A stretch of DNA of 64,000 nucleotides. Origin: Nemertoderma westbladi. Lineage: Eukaryota > Animalia > Xenacoelomorpha. A model generated the notes under the pieces. The model was not told the origin of the DNA and did no database searches. It saw nothing but the letters and a program-made list of their open reading frames with translations. This document shows, piece after piece, positions 14,401-26,537 of this stretch. Where the stretch lies: NCBI GenBank assembly GCA_032718475.1, contig JAUCBJ010006750.1:75245-139244 (forward strand). The letters are read 5' to 3'. Numbering within the stretch: position 1 is the stretch's first letter; every line of letters begins with the position of its first letter. A program made the translations under genes and the position numbers.

Positions 14401-17400
14401 ACAACGCAGCATCTGTTATTGGTCAGGAGTTTCAGGTAAACTTATTTACAGTTTCTTTAGTATACAATGCAGCAGCTGTTATTGGTCAGGTGTTTCAGGT
14501 AAACTTATTTACAGTTTCTTTAGTATACAACGCCGCAGCAGTTAATGGTCAGGAGTTTCAGGTAAACTTATTTACACAGTTTCTTTAGTATACAACGCAG
14601 CAGCTGTTATTGGTCAGGAGTTTCAGGTAAACTTAATTACAGTTTCTTCAGTAGACAACGCAGCAGCGGTTATTGGTCAGGAGTTTCAGGTAAACTTATT
14701 TACACAGTTTCTTTAGTATACAACGCAGCAGCTGTTATTGGTCAGGAGTTTCACGTAAACTTATTTACAGTTTCTTTAGTATATAATGCAGAAGCTGTTA
14801 TTGGTCAGGAGTTTCAGGTAAACTTATTTACAGTTTCTTTAGTATACAACGCAGCAGCTGTTATTGATCAGGAGTTTCAGGTAAACCTATTTACAGTTTC
14901 TTTAGTATACAACGCAGCAGCTGTTATTGGTCAGGAGTTTCAGGTAAACTTATTTACAGTTTCTTTTGTATACAACGCAGCAGCAGTTATTGGTCAGGAG
15001 TTTCACGTAAACTTATTTACAGTTTCTTTAGTATACAACGCAGCAGCTGTTATTGATCAGGAGTTTCAGGTAAACTTATTTACAGTTTCTTTAGTATACA
15101 ACGCAGCAGCTGTTATTGGTCAGGAGTTTCAGGTAAACTTATTTACAGTTTCTTTTGTATACAACGCAGCAGCAGTTATTGGTCAGGAGTTTCAGGTAAA
15201 CTTATTTACAGTTTCTTCAGTATACAACGCCGCAGCTGTTATTGGTCAGGAGTTTCAGGTAAAAATACTTACAAAATTTCTTTAGTATACAACGCAGCAT
15301 CTGTTATTGGTCAGGAGTTTCAGGTAAACTTATTTACAGTTTCTTTAGTATACAATGCAGCAGCTGTTATTGGTCAGGTGTTTCAGGTAAACTTATTTAC
15401 AGTTTCTTTAGTATACAACGCCGCAGCAGTTAATGGTCAGGAGTTTCAGGTAAACTTATTTACACAGTTTCTTTAGTATACAACGCAGCAGCTGTTATTG
15501 GTCAGGAGTTTCAGGTAAACTTAATTACAGTTTCTTCAGTAGACAACGCAGCAGCGGTTATTGGTCAGGAGTTTCAGGTAAACTTATTTACACAGTTTCT
15601 TTAGTATACAACGCAGCAGCTGTTATTGGTCAGGAGTTTCACGTAAACTTATTTACAGTTTCTTTAGTATACAATGCAGAAGCTGTTATTGGTCAGGAGT
15701 TTCAGGTAAACTTATTTACAGTTTCTTTAGTATACAACGCAGCAGCTGTTATTGATCAGGAGTTTCAGGTAAACTTATTTACAGTTTCTTTAGTATACAA
15801 CGCAGCAGCTGTTATTGGTCAGGAGTTTCAGGTAAACTTATTTACAGTTTCTTTTGTATACAACGCAGCAGCAGTTATTGGTCAGGAGTTTCACGTAAAC
15901 TTATTTACAGTTTCTTCAGTATACAACGCCGCAGCTGTTATTGGTCAGGAGTTTCAGGTAAACTTATTTACAGTTTCTTTAGTATACAATGCAGCAGCTG
16001 TTATTGGTCAGGAGTTTCAGGTAAACTTATTTACGGTTTCTTTAGTATACGACGCAGCAGCTGTTATTGGTCAGGAGTTTCAGGTAAACTTATTTACAGT
16101 TTCTTTAGTATACAACGCAGCAGCTGTTATTGGTCAGGAGTTTCAGGTAAACTTATTTACAGTTTCTTTAGTATACAACGCAGCAGCTGTTATTGGTCAG
16201 GAGTTTCAGGTAAACTTATTTACAGTTTCTTTAGTATACAACGCAGCAGCAGTTATTGGTCATTAGTTTCAGGTAAACTTATTTACAGTTTCTTTAGTAT
16301 ACAACGCAGTTATTGGTCAGGAGTTTCAGGTAAACTTACTTACAAAATTTCTTTAGTATACAACGCAGCATCTGTTATTGGTCAGGAGTTTCAGGTAAAC
16401 TTATTTACAGTTTCTTTAGTATACAACACAGCAGCTGCTATTGGTCAGGAGTTTCAGGTAAACTTATTTACAGTTTCGTTAGCATACAATGCAGCAGCGG
16501 TTATTGGTCAGGAGTTTCAGGTAAACTTATTTACACAGTTTCTTTAGTATACAATGCAGCAGCTGTTATTGGTCAGAAGTTTCAGGTAAACTTATTTACA
16601 GTTTCTTCAGTATACAACGCAGCAGCTGTTATTGGTCAGGAGTTTCAGGTAAACTTATTTACACGGTTACTTTAGTATACAACGCAGCAGTTGTTATTGG
16701 TCAGGAGTTTCAGGTAAACTTATTTACAGTTTCTTTAGTATACAACGCCGCAGCTGCTATTGGTCAGGAGTCTCAGGTCGACTTATTTACAGTTTCTTTA
16801 GTATACAACGCAGCAGCTGTTATTGGTCAGGAGTTTCAGGTAGACTTATTTACAGTTTCTTTAGTATACAACGCAGCAGCTGTTATTGGTCACGAGTTTC
16901 AGGTAGACTTATTTACAGTTTCTTTAGTATACAACACAGCAGCTGTTTTGGTCAGGAGTTTCAGGTAAACTTATTTACAGATTCTTTAGTATCAACGCCG
17001 CAGCTGTTATTGGTCAGGAGTTTCAGGTAAACTTATTTACAGTTTCTTTAGTATACAACGCAGCAGCTGTTATTGGTCAGGAGTTTCAGGTAGACTTATT
17101 TACAGTTTCTTTAGTATACAACGCAGCAGCTGTTATTGGTCAGGAGTTTCAGGTAGATTTATTTACAGTTTCTTTAGTATACAACACAGCAGCTGTTTTG
17201 GTCAGGAGTTTCAGGTAAACTTATTTACACAGTTTCTTTAGTATACAACGCAGCAGCTGTTATTGGTCAGGAGTTTCAGGTAGACTTATTTACAGTTTCT
17301 TTAGTATACAACACAGCAGCTGTTTTGGTCAGGAGTTTCAGGTAAACTTATTTACAGATTCTTTAGTATCAACGCCGCAGCTGTTATTGGTCAGGAGTTT

Positions 17401-20400
17401 CAGGTAAACTTATTTACACAGTTTCTTTAGTATATAACGCAGCAGCTGTTATTGGTCAGGAGTTTCAGGTAGACTTATTTACAGTTTCTTTAGTATACAA
17501 CGCAGCAGCTGTTATTGGTCAGGAGTTTCAGGTAGACTTATTTACAGTTTCTTTAGTATACAACGCAGCAGCTGTTATTGGTCAGGAGTTTCAGGTAGAT
17601 TTATTTACAGTTTCTTTAGTATACAACACAGCAGCTGTTTTGGTCAGGAGTTTCAGGTAAACTTATTTACACAGTTTCTTTAGTATACAACGCAGCAGCT
17701 GTTATTGGTCAGGAGTTTCAGGTAGACTTATTTACAGTTTCTTTAGTATACAACACAGCAGCTGTTTTGGTCAGGAGTTTCAGGTAAACTTATTTACAGT
17801 TTCTTCAGTAGACAACGCAGCAGCGGTTATTGGTCAGGAGTTTCAGGTAAACTTATTTACACAGTTTCTTTAGTATACAATGCAGCAGCTGTTATTGGTC
17901 AGGAGTTTCAGGTTAACTTATTTACAGTTTCTTTAGTATGCAAAGCAGCAGCTGTTATTGGTCAGGAGTTTCAGGTAAACTTATTTACAGTTTCTTCAGT
18001 ATACAACGCAGCAGCTGTTATTGGTCAGGAGTTTCACGTAAACTTATTTACAGTTTCTTTAGTATACAATGCAGAAGCTGTTATTGGTCAGGAGTTTCAG
18101 GTAAACTTATTTACAGTTTCTTTAGTATACAACGCAGCAGCTGTTATTGATCAGGAGTTTCAGGTAAACCTATTTACAGTTTCTTTAGTATACAACGCAG
18201 CAGCTGTTATTGGTCAGGAGTTTCAGGTAAACTTATTTACAGTTTCTTTTGTATACAACGCAGCAGCAGTTATTGGTCAGGAGTTTCACGTAAACTTATT
18301 TACAGTTTCTTTAGTATACAACGCAGCAGCTGTTATTGATCAGGAGTTTCAGGTAAACTTATTTACAGTTTCTTTAGTATACAACGCAGCAGCTGTTATT
18401 GGTCAGGAGTTTCAGGTAAACTTATTTACAGTTTCTTTTGTATACAACGCAGCAGCTGTTATTGGTCAGGAGTTTCAGGTAAACTTATTTACAGTTTCTT
18501 CAGTATACAACGCCGCAGCTGTTATTGGTCAGGAGTTTCAGGTAAAAATACTTACAAAATTTCTTTAGTATACAACGCAGCATCTGTTATTGGTCAGGAG
18601 TTTCAGGTAAACTTATTTACAGTTTCTTTAGTATACAATGCAGCAGCTGTTATTGGTCAGGTGTTTCAGGTAAACTTATTTACAGTTTCTTTAGTATACA
18701 ACGCCGCAGCAGTTAATGGTCAGGAGTTTCAGGTAAACTTATTTACACAGTTTCTTTAGTATACAACGCAGCAGCTGTTATTGGTCAGGAGTTTCAGGTA
18801 AACTTAATTACAGTTTCTTCAGTAGACAACGCAGCAGCGGTTATTGGTCAGGAGTTTCAGGTAAACTTATTTACACAGTTTCTTTAGTATACAACGCAGC
18901 AGCTGTTATTGGTCAGGAGTTTCACGTAAACTTATTTACAGTTTCTTTAGTATACAATGCAGAAGCTGTTATTGGTCAGGAGTTTCAGGTAAACTTATTT
19001 ACAGTTTCTTTAGTATACAACGCAGCAGCTGTTATTGATCAGGAGTTTCAGGTAAACTTATTTACAGTTTCTTTAGTATACAACGCAGCAGCTGTTATTG
19101 GTCAGGAGTTTCAGGTAAACTTATTTACAGTTTCTTTTGTATACAACGCAGCAGCAGTTATTGGTCAGGAGTTTCACGTAAACTTATTTACAGTTTCTTC
19201 AGTATACAACGCCGCAGCTGTTATTGGTCAGGAGTTTCAGGTAAACTTATTTACAGTTTCTTTAGTATACAATGCAGCAGCTGTTATTGGTCAGGAGTTT
19301 CAGGTAAACTTATTTACGGTTTCTTTAGTATACGACGCAGCAGCTGTTATTGGTCAGGAGTTTCAGGTAAACTTATTTACAGTTTCTTTAGTATACAACG
19401 CAGCAGCTGTTATTGGTCAGGAGTTTCAGGTAAACTTATTTACAGTTTCTTTAGTATACAACGCAGCAGCTGTTATTGGTCAGGAGTTTCAGGTAAACTT
19501 ATTTACAGTTTCTTTAGTATACAACGCAGCAGCAGTTATTGGTCATTAGTTTCAGGTAAACTTATTTACAGTTTCTTTAGTATACAACGCAGTTATTGGT
19601 CAGGAGTTTCAGGTAAACTTACTTACAAAATTTCTTTAGTATACAACGCAGCATCTGTTATTGGTCAGGAGTTTCAGGTAAACTTATTTACAGTTTCTTT
19701 AGTATACAACACAGCAGCTGCTATTGGTCAGGAGTTTCAGGTAAACTTATTTACAGTTTCGTTAGCATACAATGCAGCAGCGGTTATTGGTCAGGAGTTT
19801 CAGGTAAACTTATTTACACAGTTTCTTTAGTATACAATGCAGCAGCTGTTATTGGTCAGAAGTTTCAGGTAAACTTATTTACAGTTTCTTCAGTATACAA
19901 CGCAGCAGCTGTTATTGGTCAGGAGTTTCAGGTTAACTTATTTACAGTTTCTTTAGTATACAAAGCAGCAGCTGTTATTGGTCAGGAGTTTCAGGTAAAC
20001 TTATTTACAGTTTCTTTAGTATACAACGCCGCAGCTGTTATTGGTCAGGAGTTTCAGGTAAACTTATTTACAGTTTCTTTAGTATACAACGCAGCAGCTG
20101 TTATTGGTCTGGAGTTTCAGGTAAACTTATTTACAGTTTCTTTAGTATACAACGCAGCAGCTGTTATTGATCAGGAGTTTCAGGTAAACTTATTTACACA
20201 GTTTCTTTAGTATACAACGCAGCAGCTGTTATTGGTCTGGAGTTTCAGGTAAACTTATTTACAGTTTCTTTAGTATACAACGCAGCAGCTGTTATTGGTC
20301 AGGAGTTTCAGGTAAACTTATTTACAGTTTCTTTAGTATACAACGCAGCAGCTGTTTTGGTCAGGAGTTTCAGGTAAGCTTATTTACAGTTTCTTTATTA

Positions 20401-21352
20401 TACAACGCAGCAGCTGTTATTGGTCAGGAGTTTCAGGTAAACTTATTTACACGGTTTCTTTAGTATACAACGCAGCAGCTGTTATTGGTCAGGAGTTTCA
20501 GGTAAACTTATTTACAATTTCTTTAGTATACAACGCAGCAGCTGTTATTGGTCAGGAGTTTCAGGTAAACTTATTTACATCCATTTTATTAGTCTAACCA
20601 AAACCAATAAACTAAAGTCAGGAGAACCGGCTACACTTGAATTTTTCCACGTATTCAGCTGTTTTTATGTTATGTAGAGGATTTAATTTTAATTGCAATT
20701 AATTATGCGGAGATTTCTTAACCTTCAAATATGTTTTGCTGATAAAGTAATTTTTTAAAGTTGTCTATTATGTACGGTAGTCGAAAACAATAGTTGTATA
20801 GTTTAAGATTTTGTTTGTAATATATCTATTTTTCAATTTAATTAAAAATAAAGTATTACGGACTGCTGGGACTCTGGCAAAACTGGGCGATTTTGATTTT
20901 AGAGACTTCCTTCGATAAAGTAACGCCAGTTGCGCCAGAGTGCAGCTATGCGTTGGCTCCAAATAAGAGGTTTCTTTAGGTAGAAATTATAAAGTTTGTT
21001 TCAAGCAAGCCACCACTGAGTTTATTAATAAAGTATAGCAGGGAAGGAAGTATAAATATATTTAACATAAGATAAGAAGGAAGCAATTAAATCGGCAAAA
21101 TATGCAGCAGGGGTTTCCACAAGGCACCAGGTTGTCGACTCGAGAGTGTGGAAAGAGTGCCAAGCAGCTCCTTAAATACGTTCTCAGGAAGCGATCTGAT
21201 TGGGTAGCTTTAAGTAGATTGCTTAGTGGACAGTTTGTAACTTTTTGATCCGAAATATAATGTAGGGAACATTCCCGCTAGAGGTGTGTTATTAGCGAGA
21301 GAGTTCTGTAAAGACAGCTGAGAACCTTCTGATTGATAAGGGTTGGAAGTTT

Positions 21353-21368
21353 CCCGCTAGGGGGCACT
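21353..21368 (+). promoter_or_regulatory. CTCF-like motif
   Basis: CCCGCTAGGGGGCACT fits the CTCF core consensus; a weaker copy CCCGCTAGAGGTG lies near 21274. Motif match only. Confidence 0.3.
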
Positions 21369-22013
21369 GAGAAATTGAAAGAAGAAATGAACTGGTTAAA
21401 TTTGCGACAACCTGGCGATTATTTACGCAGGCTTTTCCCTGTTAAGTTTCTCTGTTTCAATAAGAAAGAACAACATTTTGCTACGATTTCCAGTCTCGGG
21501 GTTTTCCTGGTCGCTGAATTTTTTTCCGATATTGTCTATCTTATCTGCCTATCGGTTATATTTTCATAGACAGATTGACAAGCACACACTCAGACACGAC
21601 GCTGTTAAATTAGAAAACTGAAATAAAATCTCCTAATGGAAATATTTAACCAGATAATATGCATTATGTTTTGCGGACAAACTGTCGGACAGACAGGCAG
21701 TCAGTCCTATTGTTGCCGTTATTCCCAACACCATGGGGGAAAATGCCGATGCTGGTGGCGGAATTTTCAGACCATGGGATTCCGGCCAGTCACCAGATAT
21801 TGGGAGTGGAGAAGGAGTCTTTATCTGAGATGCAAGATTGCAGTAGGAAAAAAGTCGCATTGTTTGGATATAATCTTTTAATGTAAATTTTGAACCTTGA
21901 TCAATACTGAACCTTGATTGAGAATAATTTGGGCTTCCCCACACCAATATACCAAATATTCACAATAATACACGAACATAGAAATTGCTACAGTACATTA
22001 TTTAATTACCCAC

Positions 22014-23046
22014 TGTTCGCTTTTATATTTTAACCTAACTAATGATCCCCATTTTCCCTCAGTCCTAGTCCCAGTGCCGTAGTGTCAGTGTAGGTCGACC
22101 CTGTTGCTTGTCCATCCCACCCTTCCCGAACCCCGAAGGGATCGGTCATCAGGAAAGCGGTACAGCTTGGCTAAGGGCCGGTCAGGTCGGTCGACCCTGT
22201 TGCGTGTCCGTCCCACCCTTCCCGAACGCCGAAGGGATTGGTCATCAGGAAAGCGGTACGGCTTGGCTAGGGGTCTGTCGGTTTATCGCAGGTTCCCAAC
22301 CACCTAAGCTTTCCGAATCCTTTTCAGGCTCGTAGTCGCTTCGGTAGCCGAGAAGCTGCTCCGAACAGTCGGTAGGCCAGTAGAGTCCGGTCCTTTGTCT
22401 TTTGACCCTGTTGCGTGTCCGTCCCACCCTTCCCGAACCCCGAAGGGATCTGTCATCAGGAAAGCGGTACGGCTTGGCTAGGGGTCTGTCAGCCCGTTGT
22501 GAGTCCCAACTGTCGGAGGTTTCCGAGTCCCTTTCAGGCTTGTAGTAACGCCGGTCGTGGAGCCCACTCCAGGAAGACAGTCCTTGTCGAGCCCTTCCTT
22601 CGTCTAATCGGTCGATCCGTCACAAGTCCCCGGTGCAGTCAGCAAGCTTTCTGAGGATCTGTCAGTTCCCGTCGCAAATCCCTGACGCAATCAGCAGGCT
22701 TTCCGAGTCCCTTTCAGACTCGTAATAACTGCTGTTGGCCAGGAACCACTAAGGGTAGTCCTTGTCCCTAGGCCTAGCGGGTTACCAAAACTACCTCTAC
22801 AGGCAGTAGGAAGTTGGCTAGGCCTAATTAGTATCAGGTAAACCTGAGTACTGCTTGATTTTACCTCCCACCCTTGGCCCTTAAATATCTGATATGAGTC
22901 CCGTGCCCCATAAGTCGCCCCAATATTTGCCCGTAAATCGCCCCCAGTTCATTGAATATACCCAGATGCCATGTTCCCGCACCCAGTACTGATATTGGAA
23001 TATTCATATTCAACTCGCGTTATGAAAAGTTGAAATACCGCGAACA
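22014..23046 (-). repeat. 3' LTR of element A (~1033 bp)
   Basis: Minus strand starts TGTTCGC 2 nt after a G23 tract and ends AAAAGCGAACA, giving a 7-bp terminal inverted repeat. The end resembles the B/C LTR end AAAAGCGCGAACA. No partner LTR in the window to confirm it. Confidence 0.78.
22094..22490. repeat. Three ~90-bp direct repeats inside LTR A
   Basis: GACCCTGTTGC..CCCACCCTTCCCGAAC..TCATCAGGAAAGCGGTAC.GCTTGGCTA at ~22097, ~22193 and ~22404. Confidence 0.9.
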
Positions 23047-23048
23047 GT

Positions 23049-23071
23049 CCCCCCCCCCCCCCCCCCCCCCC
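23049..23071 (-). promoter_or_regulatory. Polypurine tract (G23) of element A
   Basis: C23 run on the plus strand, 2 nt from the LTR start TGT on the minus strand. Confidence 0.8.
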
Positions 23072-23317
23072 AATGACCTTCGTGAGGTCTATCGGTAGAT
23101 CGAGTTTGCGTAGGTCATTTCCCCATATAAAAAACCCAAATTTTATTATTGCATAGTCCTGATTAATTTGTCCTAGAGTTAGTTTACGTAGATATAAAAA
23201 ATAAATGTTCGATGTAAATGTCCATAGGATATCCTGGTCTTCTATTTTCTACTCTGATACGCTTTCCTTTTCTTCGCCCGTCTTCTCTCATCGATCACCA
23301 GTGCAGGTAGGGGAGCA

Positions 23318-24687
23318 TTATTGTCCATCGCGAGCATCGCTGCAGCTTGTCTCCTGGCGGCCCTTCCTTTGGATGGTAGCGGGATCATGTCCGTACGTCT
23401 CTCCAATTTCGAAGGGACCGAATAATCCAGCGCTTAATAGTAGATCCACATAATGGAATGGTAGTGTCGCTGCCGTATGGAGGCGTTCTGGGAACGAGAA
23501 GTATCCGCACGCCATCTCTTGCGCGATATTTTGAGCGCTTCTCCGCACTTTGGTCTTTACGTGGTTATTGGCGTATGTTTTAAACATTACCATATTCCCC
23601 ATGGTCATTGCGTCCTTAGTAGGACACTTAATGTTACATAGGGGGCTCGCGGAATGTCCACGGAAACCGCTTTTTGTGCAGAGGTTGTAGAGGGTTGGAC
23701 AAACTGATATGTCGTGGCCCGATATAGCGCAATAGGGACAGTAAAGTATCCCAAGGATCTGGAGACACGACTCGGTAACCCGATGTCTCCTGCCACGTGG
23801 ACACTGTTCCAAACTGCAGTTTCCACAAACATCAAGCTGCATCTCCCGGCCGAAGAATATCGGGATCGGTACGCTGGCTTAATACTCCCGCCATCTATCA
23901 CTCTTGGGGATAATTGCGGTAACCGGTAGCCCGCGGAACGCTGGGCTTTTGCGGAGTATGTTCTCGCTACGATATCCTTCCTTATATCCCGCCGGTCGCA
24001 TTCCGGGCGCCCGTTTCTGACGGTGGATCCACTCTGTTTGTTCGGCGTACCACCGGGTGAGTCTCATAGGGTCTTGTGGGACAGAGGGTGCCGTTGCCAC
24101 AGCTGGTCGGCGAAGGGGTGCCGGGGCGTTCACCGAAGGAATTCCGAGAAGGTCTACAGGGGTTGGAGCTATGCTGGGACCTTATGCAACCTGTATAGCT
24201 GAGCGGGTCCGCTGGGTACTCTTCTCCTCCTGGGAATGGATATGGAGACAACCTCTGGCATGTGTCGCCGAAGTTGCTAAGCGTGAAGGTGGTTACTAAC
24301 TCTCTAGCAGGACTGCCAAAGCCAAGCGGGGTGGTTACGCCCGCCTCTGTTGCAGGTTCAGCCGCGGCAATCCGTTTGGCGGCTGGTCCATAAGCGACTT
24401 CCGGTTTGAGTTGTCGTTTTGGGGTGGATAGCAAGATACCTTCTTGTAACCATAATTCCTTCCCATCCGATGATATCAAGGGTTCCTCTGCGCCAAGGAG
24501 ATCAGCAATCGTAGGGATGTCAAACGGTCTGTTATCATCCCAGGATGCGATAACGTTGTGCGTTTTGGTATCTCCTGGTGGGATATTCTCTACCGCCTTG
24601 AATGCGTGGTCGATAACAGTAGTAGAGGAAGAATGGTCCCCGACATAGTCCTCCCTAGCTTGTTCTATGGGAGATATCTCGGAGGAC
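23318..24687 (-). pseudogene. Element A ORF3, C-terminal part: Pro-rich linker and Cys/His zinc-knuckle cluster
   Basis: The frame is open from ~24687 into ORF 24479-23982, shifts into 24133-23879, then passes one in-frame stop into 23842-23318. Contains CPYCAISGHDISVC (CX2CX4HX4C), a degenerate CTKSGFRGHSASPLC and CGNC..C..H..C. Confidence 0.7.
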
Positions 24688-25609
24688 TATTGAAAATGCT
24701 CAATTTTGACAGATTTTAATGACCATCTGTCACCATCAGTATTGATTCGAATCGTTGCGTCAACCAATCATCGATATTCAACTACGCGTAACCTAACCTC
24801 ATGATGCATGCCTAACCCGGTTACTCTCCCTTTTGCCTCGCTACCATGACGGCGACGACGACGAACTAATATACTGAATGCCAAGTAATAATTATTCAAG
24901 ATCGATTTATTCATCATAACTGGTCGCAGATGTTTACAAATAGCTTGTGGTAGTATCAATTATAAATTATTGCTCATTGAATTCTATACTATAGCATATG
25001 TCACCAACGAGATCCAATTATTCTAATGATTTCGATAGCATAAAATGCATATTTATTATTACGAAATAAATCTAACTAATAATAATAATCTACTTGTTCT
25101 ACATACAGTATCAGTACAATAATGACAGGTTAATTACGTTTGAATATAAGATGGAATGATAATTAATGTTTAGATGTAGGGTATTAATTGTTGTGAGTAT
25201 GTGTTAGATATAGCAGTAATAGTGTTATTCGGTATGTAACATTATGAAACAATGTCTCATGTATACACTGTTGTGTTGCAACTATGTGTAGGTAAGTCAA
25301 TGTGTCAGTGTTAATATTGTATATTACATTTTTTATAATATATTGGTTCTACAGAGTGATGCTGGGTTTCAGCACTATTAATTTGACATTTTTTTATTGC
25401 GAAATTAGATTTACTGAAAAATTCCATGAATAAACTTTGCAATTATCACCATTTGTTTCTTGGGTGGAACTGTTGGTGTTTTGCTGTCATGTTGCAGATC
25501 ATCCTTCATATGCTGCCTATGGCGACTGATTTCACTTCTCTGCAAAATATTACACATATTTCCAGCATCTTTGAAATTTAGGTCTCCAGTTGTGATACTC
25601 GGAGCCTGC
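24688..25609. other. AT-rich segment interrupting or replacing the middle of element A ORF3
   Basis: Sharp drop in GC and loss of long reading frames between two coding-like blocks. No TSD or terminal repeats seen; boundaries are approximate. Confidence 0.5.
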
Positions 25610-26537
25610 TTAAATCTCTAGTTCCGGGTATGCACCATATATCTTGTTATAGTCCAGAAATTTCTGAGGTTTAAAGTCTATGCCGCCATTTAGCACTGCG
25701 AGGTAGCCGATACCGGATTTCGTTGGTCTCACTTCCCGGAATCCACGCATGAATTCTGTGGATCGCAACCAGGCTAACAGGGTTTGGGTGTCGACGAAGT
25801 GACTAATGGCGTTAAGGTCTTCTCGACGGTTTCTTCTGAAGGGAGCATTAGCGTAGTCGTTCCGGATATCCGCCTTTATATCCGACCCAATCTTACTAAT
25901 ATCGAAATCAAATAGGATCTGTTGGATCTCCGGTGGTAATAGCCAGACCGCTCTGGCTGTCCGCACCTCTTGTTTGGGTGTCGGGAAGATTCGACATATC
26001 AACACTAAACCATCTAGTGTTCCAATGATCGACCGTATTCCTTCGTCCCATACTTCTCCTGGTAGTCGTCGCGGTTCTGGATGACTGATATACGCTCCTC
26101 TCATAGCGTCGCCCTACATTCCGCCAGGTTTCCCCAGTGGGCGAGGTATGTACTCTTGTCGTCGACGAAACTTTGACATCGCGCCAACGTAATCGCCTTT
26201 GAGGTAGGCGTCGCATTTCCCTCGTTGTCGTATTGTCGTATATCAAACACCGGGATTTGTAGACGCTTCGCCGGAACGCATCCCAGAATGATAACTCCTC
26301 TCCTCCGGTTGCCTTTGCGTTCCATGTCCTTTTCAGGCTCATATTAACATCGGATAACCGGAGCTCTCGTAGATTACGGGAATCCGGTTCCTCCTGCCCG
26401 GAAAATTTAACGACTTGCACATTCTCTTTTAACAGGGTGTTCCATTTCGTATCAAAGTTAGGAGATCCAGGCTGTGGATAATCCAATAAATCGAGCGTGT
26501 TACGTAATTCGCCGAGAATTCGGCGATTTGAGTCCAT
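25610..26537 (-). pseudogene. Element A ORF3, N-terminal part: DEDDy (WRN/RNase D/Mut-7-like) 3'-5' exonuclease domain, frameshifted
   Basis: Removing an 8-bp tandem duplication (26225-26240) restores LIYDNEG (ExoI DxE). Downstream are LPPEIQQILFDFDISKIGSDIKADI (ExoII-like), FVDTQTL and SGIGYLA...DFKP. ExoIII was not found. Confidence 0.7.

Larger units (their letters stand above)
1..20579 (+). repeat. 63-bp tandem satellite array (~300 monomers; runs off the left edge; interrupted at 1222-2438)
   Basis: Consensus AGTATACAACGCAGCAGCTGTTATTGGTCAGGAGTTTCAGGTAAACTTATTTACAGTTTCTTT repeated head-to-tail, with 57, 62 and 65-bp length variants. The last monomer ends ...GTAAACTTATTTACA at 20579 and is followed by unique AT-rich sequence. 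Confidence 0.99.

Noticed and set aside
2563-18150. Short ORFs inside the satellite as genes
   Set aside because: They arise from a 63-bp unit lacking stops in two frames and are broken by frequent 62/65-bp variants.
1-20579. CRISPR array
   Set aside because: Monomers are contiguous with no unique spacers, there are no cas genes, and the context is eukaryotic.
21633-21947. Possible host exon (minus-strand Pro/Ser-rich ORF with an acceptor near 21826; FRPW peptide on the plus strand)
   Set aside because: No convincing donor site, no recognisable domain, and competing frames on both strands.
22094-22490. Hammerhead ribozymes in the LTR A repeats
   Set aside because: CTGATGA and a stem are present, but they are followed by GACG/GATG instead of GAAA and no stems I/III were found.
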